Positions 30,492-45,402 are shown, counted from the stretch's first letter. The stretch is DNA of 64,000 bases from Auanema rhodensis (GCA_964057225.1 OZ059900.1:9176001-9240000); one strand, 5' to 3'. Notes: generated by a model not told the origin, from the letters alone. Program-made: numbers and translations.

Positions 30492-33400
30492 TTATGCCTT
30501 TTTCATTGGGTAATCAGGAACCATGAAACCACGCATTTTTTCGGGAGCATAGAGATTCTCATGTGGACCATCTTCCAAAAGTCCTGGAGAAGCAGACTTA
30601 GCAGTGTGGGTAATGTACTGAGCTCCACTGTTTTGCGGCAACTAAAATAATGTTAATAGTGGCTGTTGCATATTTTGAATTATATACCTGCTCCAAATAT
30701 CCGGTAAAAAGATTAGTGGCAATTTCACGAGCAACAATAGCTCCAGCATGACCTTCAATGAAACGAAGAAGCAGGACACCATCTGAAATAAAAGTTAATA
30801 TTAATTTTCATGTTTGTGATATTTAATGGATTTCGTCTTAAACTACATTCACAGCAGTACTAACCAGGTCTCAGTGCAGAATGAGCAAAACGACGCATGA
30901 TGTGCTCCTGATGATAGCTGTCAGAACCATCGCTTCTGTAGGACAACCAAGTCTTGGTGGATTTTTCACGGAAATGAGCTGGGACTTGTTGCATAAAGCA
31001 GTAGATGAAATTGATGAGAGTAGAGATTGCTACAAACAAGAACCAGAACCTGAAATATAAATAAATTTGAAACTGATAAGAAAGAAAAATGAGGCTTACC
31101 AAATGAAAAGATATATTTTCTCGTTGAACATGTTAATCATGAGTACACATTGAACAGTGTAACGGTGAATATTAGCCAAACGACGTACACGGAAATCACA
31201 AAGAGTAACACGAGGGAATACTCCAGATTCCATCCACTCACGTCCATTCCACAAATCAGAGAACGTCTAAATCACAGAGACATGAATTTTTAAACAAAGA
31301 GGTCAAGCTACCTCCCATCCCCAGAGTGTGTAGTTACTTCCCAAAAATCTGTTCAAGATAACAAATTGAGCAACGATGTTGACAAGATAGAGCAACTTGA
31401 CCAGAAGGTAAAGCATTGACACATAAGATCCAAGACCGCTTCCAATTCTAATAAATGATTTTATATCATAATGCATTTCAATAAAATAACCAACCGGAAA
31501 CAGAAAAGTCTGGTTGGACTACGACGATCAGAATGAAATTCTAAGCATTCCTCTAAATAGTTAACAAGCTTCTTCGTTTCAGCTTTGCGAGCCTCGCCGA
31601 AATTAGCACGAATCTTGCGAGCATCTTGAACAGCAGTTGAAAAATCAATTCCACTTTGTTGATGAAGAGTTTTCCATAAAAAGTTGGGCAAATAAAACAT
31701 AATAGCTTGTAGAGCAAGAATAATTGGTACCCATTGGTAATAACCAATTTCAGCCTTAAATTCATTTTGTTTTCTATTACCAACGTTGTGTCAATACCTC
31801 CGTTCGTTCGTCAATTTCTTCTGGGATTTCTTTGTGGAAAGGGACAAAGAATGTGTTCTGAATAAAGCAGTAATCTTCAGCATATTGCTCCCATCCTCCT
31901 TTGAATTCCATAGGCATCCAGCATTGAATTGGTGAACCAACATATCTGAAAATTAGAAAAATTGCTTTGAGTTTGGTTTAGAATGAAATTATCAATTTTT
32001 TTGACTTAAACATTTTGAATATGGGTTAACTCTTCTTTATTATCTTACTTATAGAATCTTCGTCTAGCTAACTGCTAATTAGACTGCCTCAGCACGATGG
32101 ATTAGATTTGTGCGATAATCTTACAGCCAAAGAGATCTCTTTGTATGCACTCATCGTTGACCAAATCAGACAAGTAAGTTGGTCAACATAACGCCCTCAT
32201 TGTAGAAAGAGGACCGATATTATAAGTGACCCGGAACAGCCATCTCGGACTGAGCAAACAAAAAAGGTGCGGGTGATAAGGGCTATAACGACCAAGTAAA
32301 CTCTAAAGAACCCAAAACAACTGCCTATAAACCTCTTTAGCAATATCTTATTATAGACAGCAGCCTTGCACAGAAATAATATTCGCATATAATATTTGAA
32401 AACCCTTTTACGCATCACTTCTTATTTATAGGATGATGACGAGCCTCAAATTATATTATAATGTCACAAACTGTCTCATGTACTATTATCAGTTTGATGA
32501 CCTGCCAGATATCTACATATATCTGTTCACAAGACGATAAAATACAGTTCTAGTAGTATTGACAGAAACTATGACTGATTATGCGTGAGAATAGTTAACG
32601 AACCTGCCATTTATTCATCAAGATACGATTATATGATATTCGCCGAATAATGAGAACGAGAGCCTAATATTTCGCTAACTTTAACTGTCTAGGTCTATAT
32701 GCCCATTAGTCATTGTATGAAGCAATAAAATATATATGACAGATTATGAAGAAATTATGCCGTCCCCACAATATATACATGTTCATGTACAAAGAGGAAA
32801 AGAGGAGAATCAAATGCTCAGAAGGGCAATTCCATCCTCACTTATCCTATGCACACAAAAATAAGCTAACCCGCATACATATATATGCTCATATATACCG
32901 ACTGTACATCCTCACCCACACCAGTTTAGCACACAAACACTTTCCTATATTTACATATATAGCAAGCTTGAACAAAATCATTATCATAATACCAAAAACC
33001 ATAACGAATGCCCTTTAATAGACAGGGCATGCTCCAAAATTTAAACCCTATCATCTCACTTCGAACTCTCAAAACCTCAAAACATAGTTTTATGGCATCA
33101 ATTTATGGCATTATACTACATTTCTCAGGCAGCCTAGTAACTCTAAGTAAATAAGCCAAACGTCTAGTCCTCAGATCAATGTCAAGCATAGGCATAACAT
33201 CACATAAAGCATAGTTTCTGCCCTTTTCACGGATAAACCAACCATGTCATATTGTGTCTGTTTACAGCATGATGTAAACATCATACATACATTTGTACAA
33301 ACATAAATTTTACTTACCTATCAGAAGAAAGAAAAATTTATGCTACAACATTATTTTCAATATTATTCGCTTTCACTTCGACACCACTTTTTGGATAAAT

Positions 33401-34893
33401 CATGTGAATGGATTAGAGGAATGGTTCATATGAACATTGTAGAGTACCAGTAACAAAAACAGCAAGCTGAATTTGCGGCAATGTCATTCCCAAGTCATAA
33501 GAATATGTTGCTAACTATTATTAGATATTCACCAATGTATAGAACATATCGATCTAATTCAGCTCACATGGCAAATAATATTAGTGCTATTGGGATTATG
33601 CTTGAGATGGCAATATGACATGAATGATCGCCAACAATCTTCTTTATGCCATTTAAATGCTATTAAATAGGTCAAACTTAAGATATAGGCTCAAGCTGTG
33701 AGAAACATCTTTCGAGTATGGCAGATGTCATCAGATGATGCAATATTCTCACTTCAGTTATAGATATATACTCATTACTGTTCATCTTGATGACCTCATG
33801 GCAATGGCAATACTACAAGTATACGTTTCTTATTACTACGTATACATATAGCATTTATAAATCATAAACTACGCCTTTTCAAAACAAAAAACAAATAACT
33901 TAACATCAAATAAAATATAATTTTATATACTTTTAATGCTTCTATTCAAAAACAAAATCAAAAGATGTAAACATCTTTTATCTCTTTTTCTTAAACACAA
34001 TAAAAGCATATGATTTGCCGAAATATCTTTGTCATGACTAATACTATATTTTGCTTCATTTTCACTATCGAACTATTAACACTATCTCTGGATTTCGCAA
34101 TTGTATACCAACAATTTTTTTTCTCTATTTTCCTATGTTATCTGCTCTCAGAGCTAGCACATCTCTACCAGAAACTAGCTAGGTCAATTTAAAGAAAAGA
34201 ACAATGAGAGATTAGCGTGCTATACAAGAGCAGAGAAACAATATACAGTTCCAAAAAACAAAGTGAAAAAATGAGATATTCGATGGAGAAAAATATCAAG
34301 TGTTGACCCCATACAAGTGAAAACTCTCAATATCGTACATAGTAAGGGATCAATGTGGGTTGAAAGCTTTCTATTCATAATCAAAAGATTAAAGCTTTTG
34401 ACAATCAAGAATAATGTAGAATACAAATACTACATCTCGAATTTGTAATAAGTAGCCACATGGGGCAAAGAGCTTTTCCATAAAACGTGACAATTTGAAA
34501 CCCGAAATTATTTATAATTGCTTCCCTTGCACACTAGATGGTCATTTGATGATTGAGCAGAAAGCTGACAGATGGCTTCAGAAGACTTTTAAGATCTGCG
34601 ACCATACAATCGATTAAATCAAAGACACATGTAAACACATTTGACTAAGAAGGAGAAAGGTTGGATAACAATAGTGATTTCCGTATTTTGATCAAAACAA
34701 ATTCGTTTTTCTTTTTTCAAGCGTCACATTTTTTGAAACAAAAAAAAACTTACTGTTTTGCTGAAACCATGATAGCGAAAAAGGTTAGAAGAGTAGAAGT
34801 AATGAAGTAATTGAGCCGATCCACAGGATCATCAAAAGTCTGCGGCTTGAACCATTTCCATATCGCACTGTCCAAGAATGGTATTCCCAGCAT
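30492..34893 (-). CDS. inx-3: Innexin (gap junction protein), most like INX-3
   Basis: [59 protein letters not shown] and [44 protein letters not shown]. First intron is about 2.8 kb. Confidence 0.85.
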
Positions 34894-37800
34894 ATCTAAA
34901 AACAATACTGATTGATTGAAGTACAATCAAATGATTAGAATACGACGTCAATAAAATTACAAGAAAAAAACATGAAATGATTAAAAAACAAAACACGATT
35001 CCAATAAAACTATGGCAATCAATAACAAAGCGAAACGGCTTGGTACACATAAGCTAATGCTCGCAGAGCTGCTGCAGACGTATACCATCCGGGTCAACAG
35101 CACAGTCCACAATGTGATGGCCCAAGAGGTCAGAGGCATCGATCTACTATTAGTCTGACCCAGCCCCTATTCTGCGCGGGAAGGGACCATCAGAACAGTG
35201 CCGCAGCAGAAAAGAGAGATAGAACAGTCACAGATAGAGAGTGCAGAATAAAAGGAGATATACAGACTATGGGAGCAGTAGAACCGCAACCTCCCCTAAC
35301 CACCCTACACGCTCTTCTACTAAGCTAGAGTGGTACAATGAATACAGGGGGAACATGTGTAGGAAAAAAGACAAAAGAAAGTTACGCACACCGATAACAA
35401 TGGCCTATGAGTAATCTACTAAACGAACAGAAGACCGAAAAAAAAGCTCCGTCTCTCAAATCATACCACCATATGAAGTAAAAGAAAACGCAATCTATAA
35501 ATTTAACCAAAAGTATGGCAGAACCCTGATTGAAAACATGCAAATATGCAAAAGATATGACCTTATAATATAATAAAAATTGTACTTACGCTAGGAAAAA
35601 TCGAAGAGCAAAGATATAAAAATACTGTACAGTGCCTATAATACTAATGCCTATAATAGTTTCTTGAGCTAGTATTGATTGGCTAATCAATATATTTATC
35701 TTCAGAAAGCCAAAAAAAAATTTGCAATAACGCCAGTCGTCAATGAAATGTCTGATATATACTGCTCTCTCTGTTTTTGTAATTAATTATATTTAGGAAT
35801 TTTTAAAAAATTGCGACTAACTTTTTTCATTTAACTCTCCTCATGCAAAGAGATCAAAGAGAGAGGAAGAAAACAAACAACTACCTCTCACAACCACTTA
35901 ACGTAATTATAGTGATTAAGCGAAATTTAAAAAAATCAAAGATGGGCGGTACACAGTATTTGTGTCTTACAGTTAACGTGTTGATTGGTGATTGGTTCGG
36001 TTATTGTGTCAATCACTGTATTAAAATAGTAATTGGCGTCAAGAAGTGCGCGAAAAATTTTGTAATTGTAATTGGAGCATGCTTTTTGAAAAATTACAAA
36101 ACAAATTTTTTAATTCGTTTTAGAGCTCACTTATGCATAATTTTCTACAAAAATGAAAGATACAGTTAGCATACATTTGAAACAGCTTATAAATGACAAT
36201 TATACTGAGAGCAGCATCTAAAGGCAGCCAGCTTCTAATAAAGATCTACATCTAACACAAAAGTTGTTTATAACAAAATAGTGCAAACCTTATAATAACT
36301 TATACATAAAAATGAATTCTGACTAATGCATTATCTGCGCATGACTGATAAAAAGAAAACAGAAATAAAAAATTGAATAAATATAAAAAAAGGAAAGATT
36401 GCATATTTTCCAGTGAAATCACAATTCAACATAAGTATGCATAATCTTAAACTTTTTAGTTATCGAAACAAAAGATTATGTTGCATAGTTCATGCATAAG
36501 AAAGTTTTGGAAAATGAACAAAGTTTGAGTAAGCAAGAGTTTCAGGCTAGTGTATTATGGCTATCTTCATGAAAAGTAAACAAACTGAATGTTATTTTGA
36601 TAACAAGCTGTATTGTTATATATAAAATATATTTATGCGTAGAGTTTGCATTTCTCAATAGATTTTTACTATACTATGTATTTATATTGTAATGATATCT
36701 AAACGCAAGATAAAAATAAATCTTTAGCAGTGAAAAGAACGTGTGGCTGAAGAAATATCTTGAAAATTATTGGTACAGTGAAATGAATTTGTATTCGTAA
36801 AAGAAACTGTCTGAAATGATTGGCGCTGAGTGATACACAGATAGAGACAACGGAAAAGATGGCTAAAAGGATGGATGAAATTTTGTCAGATTTGTCAAGC
36901 AAACAATGATTTGACTTTAATCTTGAAAATTTCGTTAATTTTCTTCTAGATTTTATAAGAAACAGGCAGATAGTGCAATGTCAACAAAGATTCTAAAACA
37001 TGAGATATATATATATTCAATTAAATTTTTTTGAATATATTATATAACAATGGAAGAAAAGCATTTTTTAAAAAAACATATTATACTTAAAAATAGTTTT
37101 TAATACAAAAAATGAATAATAAGAAAATTACATTGTAATTCAGGCTGTGATTCACATTCAAAATATAATACATGAAGAAATGAAAAAAAAGCTTTTCATA
37201 TATAATAAAAGAAAAACGTAACTTGAGATATATTCTACAATCTGAAAATTGAGCAGATTTACCGAATGCAGTGGGACTAATTAGTTATAGTTTCATCTGA
37301 AATTCTTGATATACTTTTCTGTTTGACCTGATCGTCACCAATTGAAAGCAAGAGAGAACGAATTACGATTTCATGACAAATAGATAGGACAACTAAAAGC
37401 CTGAGTGAAGTAAGTGGTGGAATATCGTATATTTACAACTACAAGTTTTGAAATATTATATAAATCAGTAAGTGAAAAAATGAGCCATTTACTGAGTAAT
37501 AAAATCAAAAAGGTTATCTTTCATAGAAATAGAAACTTTATGAGAATACACCAAAGAACAGTCATTTATATTCTTTCAACAGTTTAGCGAAATAGCCGCT
37601 TAACTTCGCGGCGCGTGAAGAAGAAACTATAAAGCATATCAGAGGATAAGCAAACGTATCAACCGTTTTTCATTCAATTTGCACGAAACAATTTTATTTA
37701 TTTTTGCACATAGCTTGTGGAAAAATTGAAAATTATCAGTTTAAGTTTTGCAATAATTGTAGTTGTATGCTAGAGCATGACTTTATTTGTAATTTCTTTG

Positions 37801-37933
37801 AGTTATCTATATGGTGTTGATTGATATGCTTCCAAATTGATTTAGTGACCCAACGATTTATTAGTCAATAAAAAGTTTTTTGAATATTCTGGTTGGATAT
37901 ATATGGTATGACAATAAAAAAGAAGTTGAAGAT

Positions 37934-39572
37934 TTAAGCTTCCACTGGTTCAGGCTCAGCTGGTTCAATCTGAACTTCTTCTCCTTCTTCGAACTCTTTA
38001 GCTGGAAGCTGGAGTGGTGATGGTTCCACAGGAGGTCGGGCAGCGTCTCCTTCAGCTTTAACCTGCTCAACGTACTTTGGTGGTTCAAGGTTCTTTCTGC
38101 AAAACAAGTGTTAATATTGATCGTGTGTATGTTAGCTATACCTTATCTGCTCAAGCTCCTCATTTTCCTTACGTCCCCACTCTGGGGGTGGACGAGCTGT
38201 ACCACGGGCCAAAGCAAACTGCTTAGGAGGAGCTGGATGGTCGAACAAGTATTTCTTGTCTCCGTATGATCTTCTGTCAATTTGACGATCAAACTTAGAG
38301 GCAACAGTGATCTTGGGTGGATGAACAGAGCTAGAAGCTTCCTCAGGATCAAGTCCCTTCTTGAGAGCCTTGTTACGAGCAGCTTGCTTCTGTCTCTCGC
38401 CAAGTTCTTTCAACTAAACAATAATAGTTTCATCATTGGGGTTTAAAAATTGCTTACGTCGTATTCTTGGCGCTCATGTCTCTTCTCAAGATCGTACTTC
38501 TCAGCCTCCAATCTGACAATTCGTTCATGGAGTAATTTTATTCTGTCCTTGAGGTCGTTGGGAAGAAGACCAGAAACATCGACTGGACGGCACACAGCAG
38601 CCAAGAAAGCTCTCTTCATCTCAGCTATTTGTTCAGAAGAAGGTCCAGCCTTACCAGACTTGGTTTTCTACAACAGATGAATATCTTAAATATAGTTCTA
38701 CACTTGACGGCTTACCTGTCCAAGGTTAGCAAACTCCTTGGCTTGGTCGTTCTTATTGACCACAAAGTTTCTTCCACCTTCAGCTCCAGAAGCAGCGGCA
38801 TTGAAAGAACCGGCCATAAGATTTTGGCGACGTTGGCGTTCTTCGTTTTTGCGAGCCTTTTCGGATTCAATACGAGCCTTACGGTCGTCTTCTTCCTTGC
38901 GTCTACGTTCTTCATCTTGACGACGACGTTCAGCAAACTCGCGTTCTTCTTGTTCTCTCTCGGCTCTAAGAAAGAGTCATGTGTTTATGTTTCTATATGA
39001 ATATCAAAAAATACCTTCTGCGCTCTTGCTTCTCTTTAAGCTCACGGAGTTCATCTTCAATTTTTTCCTTTTCCAACACACGACGTTGTTCGTAGTCAAG
39101 AAGCTTAGCGGCTTCTTCTTCCTCGTGACGTTTCTTTGCTGCCTGAAATTGAAATAAAAACTGAATAAAACAGTCACTATTAGAAACAAACCATCATGGC
39201 AATTTCAGCTTCAGTCATTTCAGCAGGCTTCTTCTCTTCCTGAACGGGAGGTGGACGAGTCTTCCTAAAAAAGAGAAAAATTAATGAATTATAGCACCAA
39301 TGCCTCACTTTTCAACTGGAGCAACTTCCTCTTCGGCCTCATGCTCGCGTTCTTCCTCCCTACAAAAATTGGCTGCGTAATAGATTATGAAATAAAATTC
39401 TCACTTTTCTTCTTCAACAGCTTCGGATTCTTCAACCTCTTCTTCCTCCTCCTCAATGATCTCCTCGTCGGAGCTATAATCATGAAAATTATGCATTAAA
39501 GTTAAAAAAAACAAAAACATAAAGAAAAATACTGAAATTTGAAACTCACTACACTTCTTCTTCGTCGGACAT
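37934..39572 (-). CDS. Troponin T, left-arm copy
   Basis: Reverse complement of the 40963-42601 gene, with the same exons. Confidence 0.93.
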
Positions 39573-40962
39573 CTTAGCTCAAGTTCGGACCAAGTGAGAT
39601 TCGAAAAGCAGAGAATAAAGGCAATAGCGATGATTTTCGAGCTTGCCACCAACAGCTGGCAGGAAAAGTGTAATAGATGTAGGAGGCACTCTATGTCTGT
39701 TCTTTTTCATCTCTTCTAACAATGCCTTATCTCACTTAATGAAACAATCCGAGAGAGATACATGTGTGCTTGTATGCGGACATTTGGCCTCTGTTGTCTT
39801 CAAAATACCACAATCATTGTAATGATATTGAAGAAATATAATAGAATTGAAAGAGAATCAGACAACGTTTCTTCTAGTGTAGGAGTCTTTGCTTTATTTT
39901 TCATATTTCTCTAACCTCTTCTGAGCAGATCTATATAGTTTTATAGCAAACCCAATCAATCTATAGCGTTTAACTCCTTCCCCTACACTTTACACTTGAT
40001 CTTCGACATATTGAATGTTTTTACTATATGCTATTTTCTCAATCTTCGAGAAGCTTCACAACCTTCAATATTATTGTGTTTGCCTGAAATTCGGACAATT
40101 GTCTGAGGTAGAACCCTTGTAGTTAAGAAGAAGTTGAACAATCTTAGTATTACTGTTTCATAAACAGAATAAGAACTCGCAAAATTATGGAATAGAGTTA
40201 TAACAATGAATGTTCTTAGTAAATTTAATAATTTCGAATCAAAATAAAGTAATAAATATTTTATTCGTTTTAAGAATGGATAAATCAGAAAAGTTTTATA
40301 AATATATATACCTATGAACATAGGTCCCAACATTTTTTCTTTTGGATTTTGAAAATTTAAAGGTCCGTTCAACACAGTAAGAATACAGGCCTCAAAAGCA
40401 AATTGTTTCACTCTCTATAGACAACAATAATTATACAAAAATTGTTTTAATTTATAATTTTTAATTTATTTTAATTTTTTTCTTGTTTTTTTGAAAGTAT
40501 CATCCCCTTCCTTCAGTTAATATACTCAAGATCTCATTGGTGTAAAGTGTAGGGGAAAGAGTCAAACGCTATAGATTGATTGGGTTTGCTATAAAACTAT
40601 ATAGATCTGCTCAGAAGAGGTTAGAGAAATATGAAAAATAAAGCAAAGACTCCTACACTAGAAGAAACGTTGTCTGATTCTCTTTCAATTCTATTATATT
40701 TCTTCAATATCATTACAATGATTGTGGTATTTTGAAGACAACAGAGGCCAAATGTCCGCATACAAGCACACATGTATCTCTCTCGGATTGTTTCATTAAG
40801 TGAGATAAGGCATTGTTAGAAGAGATGAAAAAGAACAGACATAGAGTGCCTCCTACATCTATTACACTTTTCCTGCCAGCTGTTGGTGGCAAGCTCGAAA
40901 ATCATCGCTATTGCCTTTATTCTCTGCTTTTCGAATCTCACTTGGTCCGAACTTGAGCTAAG

Positions 40963-42601
40963 ATGTCCGACGAAGAAGAAGTGTAGTGAGTTTCAAATTT
41001 CAGTATTTTTCTTTATGTTTTTGTTTTTTTTAACTTTAATGCATAATTTTCATGATTATAGCTCCGACGAGGAGATCATTGAGGAGGAGGAAGAAGAGGT
41101 TGAAGAATCCGAAGCTGTTGAAGAAGAAAAGTGAGAATTTTATTTCATAATCTATTACGCAGCCAATTTTTGTAGGGAGGAAGAACGCGAGCATGAGGCC
41201 GAAGAGGAAGTTGCTCCAGTTGAAAAGTGAGGCATTGGTGCTATAATTCATTAATTTTTCTCTTTTTTAGGAAGACTCGTCCACCTCCCGTTCAGGAAGA
41301 GAAGAAGCCTGCTGAAATGACTGAAGCTGAAATTGCCATGATGGTTTGTTTCTAATAGTGACTGTTTTATTCAGTTTTTATTTCAATTTCAGGCAGCAAA
41401 GAAACGTCACGAGGAAGAAGAAGCCGCTAAGCTTCTTGACTACGAACAACGTCGTGTGTTGGAAAAGGAAAAAATTGAAGATGAACTCCGTGAGCTTAAA
41501 GAGAAGCAAGAGCGCAGAAGGTATTTTTTGATATTCATATAGAAACATAAACACATGACTCTTTCTTAGAGCCGAGAGAGAACAAGAAGAACGCGAGTTT
41601 GCTGAACGTCGTCGTCAAGATGAAGAACGTAGACGCAAGGAAGAAGACGACCGTAAGGCTCGTATTGAATCCGAAAAGGCTCGCAAAAACGAAGAACGCC
41701 AACGTCGCCAAAATCTTATGGCCGGTTCTTTCAATGCCGCTGCTTCTGGAGCTGAAGGTGGAAGAAACTTTGTGGTCAATAAGAACGACCAAGCCAAGGA
41801 GTTTGCTAACCTTGGACAGGTAAGCCGTCAAGTGTAGAACTATATTTAAGATATTCATCTGTTGTAGAAAACCAAGTCTGGTAAGGCTGGACCTTCTTCT
41901 GAACAAATCGCTGAGATGAAGAGAGCTTTCTTGGCTGCTGTGTGCCGTCCAGTCGATGTTTCTGGTCTTCTTCCCAACGACCTCAAGGACAGAATAAAAT
42001 TACTCCATGAACGAATTGTCAGATTGGAGGCTGAGAAGTACGATCTTGAGAAGAGACATGAGCGCCAAGAATACGACGTAAGCAATTTTTAAACCCCAAT
42101 GATGAAACTATTATTGTTTAGTTGAAAGAACTTGGCGAGAGACAGAAGCAAGCTGCTCGTAACAAGGCTCTCAAGAAGGGACTTGATCCTGAGGAAGCTT
42201 CTAGCTCTGTTCATCCACCCAAGATCACTGTTGCCTCTAAGTTTGATCGTCAAATTGACAGAAGATCATACGGAGACAAGAAATACTTGTTCGACCATCC
42301 AGCTCCTCCTAAGCAGTTTGCTTTGGCCCGTGGTACAGCTCGTCCACCCCCAGAGTGGGGACGTAAGGAAAATGAGGAGCTTGAGCAGATAAGGTATAGC
42401 TAACATACACACAATCAATATTAACACTTGTTTTGCAGAAAGAACCTTGAACCACCAAAGTACGTTGAGCAGGTTAGAGCTGAAGGAGACGCTGCCCGAC
42501 CTCCTGTGGAACCATCACCACTCCAGCTTCCAGCTAAAGAGTTCGAAGAAGGAGAAGAAGTTCAGATTGAACCAGCTGAGCCTGAACCAGTGGAAGCTTA
42601 A
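40963..42601 (+). CDS. Troponin T, right-arm copy
   Basis: [62 protein letters not shown] and [19 protein letters not shown]. Canonical introns; stop at 42599-42601. Confidence 0.95.
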
Positions 42602-43286
42602 ATCTTCAACTTCTTTTTTATTGTCATACCATATATATCCAACCAGAATATTCAAAAAACTTTTTATTGACTAATAAATCGTTGGGTCACTAAATCAATT
42701 TGGAAGCATATCAATCAACACCATATAGATAACTCAAAGAAATTACAAATAAAGTCATGCTCTAGCATACAACTACAATTATTGCAAAACTTAAACTGAT
42801 AATTTTCCAGTTTGCTTCGAGAGTTTCTACTCCAGCAGGTTTGCAACAAATGAAAAAAAGTTCAATTATCATGTTACCTTTTTTAAGAAATGTACGGTGT
42901 TCCGCACTTAGAAAAGCCTCCAGGATTAGAAACACTTTCAGAAATAGGCTCTGCTAAGTTTAGCATGGGCAATTATCTGATATCAGAACCTCGTCCTATT
43001 AGTCGGACGAGTACTCATGTGTAGATACTGGTTATGCTATTTTAATATTAATTTTAACCCGTTTCTCAGAATAACGTGTCATTGTGAAATTGTTTTTATT
43101 TTCAAATTGGGAATAACTAAAACATATGTTAAATATATACCATGTCAAATAGCTAAATTTTATTATATAACGAATTGAAATGTACTAAATTTTATGTCTA
43201 AAGTTATTGAATAAACAAAGAAAAAGAAGATAAATGTTTTCAAAAATTTAATGTATGTGAACAAAAAAAAACTTTTCCATGTACGG

Positions 43287-43333
43287 CACATTGCGTACTG
43301 TCCTAGCTTACACATTGCGTACTGTCTTAGCTT
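43287..43333 (+). repeat. Two-copy ~24 bp tandem repeat (cacattgcgtactgtc(c/t)tagctt)
   Basis: Seen directly. Confidence 0.8.
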
Positions 43334-43965
43334 TTCAAGACATTAGTTTTGGACAGTGGCGATAAAGTTATCAATGAGGCTTGTTCGAGATGCGTTTATT
43401 GCTGGTTGAAAATTTTTCCCAATTACCCGGAATATTATTGCGGTGATTTTCAGTAGTAGGGAAGCGGTCATGAATGTGTAACTGCTCAAATGCATGATGG
43501 AAAACAGCTTGATTATATGAACCTAAAATGAAATATAATCATATCTAACACGCTCATTACGTTCGCCGTATATTATTCTGTTTGATCAAGTGAGTTTATA
43601 TCTTATGTTGAGAGTTACTGTAGCCATATTACAATTACTTTCTTACTGTGTGCTCTATTGCTAAATTTACATAATTTTCAAAATCACCTGAACATCTTAT
43701 ATTTTTCCAAATTAAAATTTATTGATTATTGTCTTCTATTTTATTAATTTAAATTCGATTTCTGGGTATATATTATTGATTTTTTCTTAATTTTCTCTTT
43801 AATTTCTTCAATTGTAGGTGATTGCATTCAGCTGACCTGTTTTTTTCTATAAGGAGATATTATAATAGGAGGTATTTATATTTTTCTACTTTTATCTTTC
43901 ATATTATGTTTCTAAAATCATGTCTAGTGTTTATTTTATAGACTGCTTTTATGTTTTTTTTCAGG

Positions 43966-45090
43966 ATGAGTCTTATGGACAGTTCAGATATGACAGAACA
44001 AGATGTGTGGACGGAACTTGACCAAATGAGATGTGAAAAAATAAGGCTTAAATGTAGATATGAGGAAATGGAAGAAACATTTGAAAAATTGATATATCGC
44101 AACTTTTGGTTGAAGCAGGATTTTGCATTCTACCTCAAAGAATTCACTCATACCATGGTTTGCAAACATACGGAGCGTGTGGAGCCACCCGTCTTAATCG
44201 GTGAACATGATGCAATGTATAAGCTTGACAATATATGTGAAGAAATTTTGAATTCAATGGATGCTATATATGAATGCTTGGATGTGAAAACTGCTGATCT
44301 GGATAGAGTTGGTAAAATGATAGATGTAGTTATCAACGATCAGAATGTAAATATCTTCACTTGCAACCAAGAACACGACATGTTATTGAGCAGATGTAGT
44401 GAAAAGGTTAGTGATGTTAATGAATGAACAAAAAAAGTTTGTGTTCCTAGAAATATCTCGAGGATCCTGAGAGTAACGTCACCAATAACGAAGTATTGAA
44501 TATTATTGAGCATGTTGTGAGAAATAGAAATATTCGCTCAATTAATTAGCTATGCTTTGATTATAGATTGTATTTTCTACTAAATCGATTACAAATGTTC
44601 CTCCTATGTATTTCAAGGATGTCAGTGTTTTTTTTCCTATATGTATTTTTCAACTTTCAATTAAGGCTGAAATAAACGAAAAGGTTATGCGAATCCATTT
44701 GGTTAAGGATCTCAGTGCATCTTCGTTCTATAAAATTAGGGATTATGTAACACAATCTTATAGTAGAATTCTCTTTATTTGTTTGTTTCAGTTGAATGCA
44801 AACGTTTTTACTCATCCTCCGAATATTACAAACATGCTAAAGCCATATATACGTACAAGGAATATACACTACACTCCAGATCAACTGAAATACATAAGAA
44901 AAGTGGTAAGTGGTTTCTATTTATTATATCGAAAACATGAATATTTAGTTGAGAAAAGAAAATGTCGTAATCTCACCACGACCTAGGGTAACAGAACCGC
45001 GTAAGAGTGGAAATCAATCCTGTGTAAATTTTAATTTCAGTGAATGTTCAAAGTTTTTTGTTTTTTTCAGGTTTTTGTGCCAATCCCTGA
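43966..45090 (+). CDS. Orphan multi-exon protein (~280 aa, helical/coiled-coil N-terminus), left-arm copy
   Basis: ATG follows TTTCAG. A long first exon (43966-44406) and six further exons with GT-AG borders keep frame to TGA at 45088-45090. No family recognised. Confidence 0.6.
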
Positions 45091-45402
45091 TTTAGAAGCA
45101 GGAATTGCAGCAGTAGAAATACGTTTTGACTGAATGTGAAATTGTACAAAAAGTGATGATATGTAGCAATATGATTATTAATTCTTGGGGCACTACTTTC
45201 TGTTTGTTGCTTTGTTGTTGTAAGTAGTGTGATTTTGTTTTGTTTTGTTGATTTGTTCGGAAAGTTTAACAGATTGTACAACTGACAGGCTTATATCCTG
45301 GATGTTGTTTGTTTTTTGAATTCTATAAGTTTTATAAATAGTTTATTCATATTAACACTTGCTTTCTAAGATTAAAAATAGTTAGAATAAATTGTATTCT
45401 AT

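Larger units (their letters stand above)
37728..42807. repeat. Inverted duplication (palindrome 1): arms 37728-39995 and 40540-42807 (2268 bp), spacer 544 bp
   Basis: Mirror ORFs share a constant coordinate sum of 80535. Both arm boundaries were read directly, and only a handful of substitutions are visible. Confidence 0.97.

Noticed and set aside
40883-41134. ORF with apparent signal peptide (MVASSKIIAIAFILCFS...) and its mirror at 39401-39652
   Set aside because: It starts at a non-ATG codon and runs through the troponin T 5' region, first intron and exon 2, so it is not a separate gene.
43287-43333. Short direct repeats as a CRISPR-like array
   Set aside because: Only two adjacent copies with no spacers, in a eukaryotic context.
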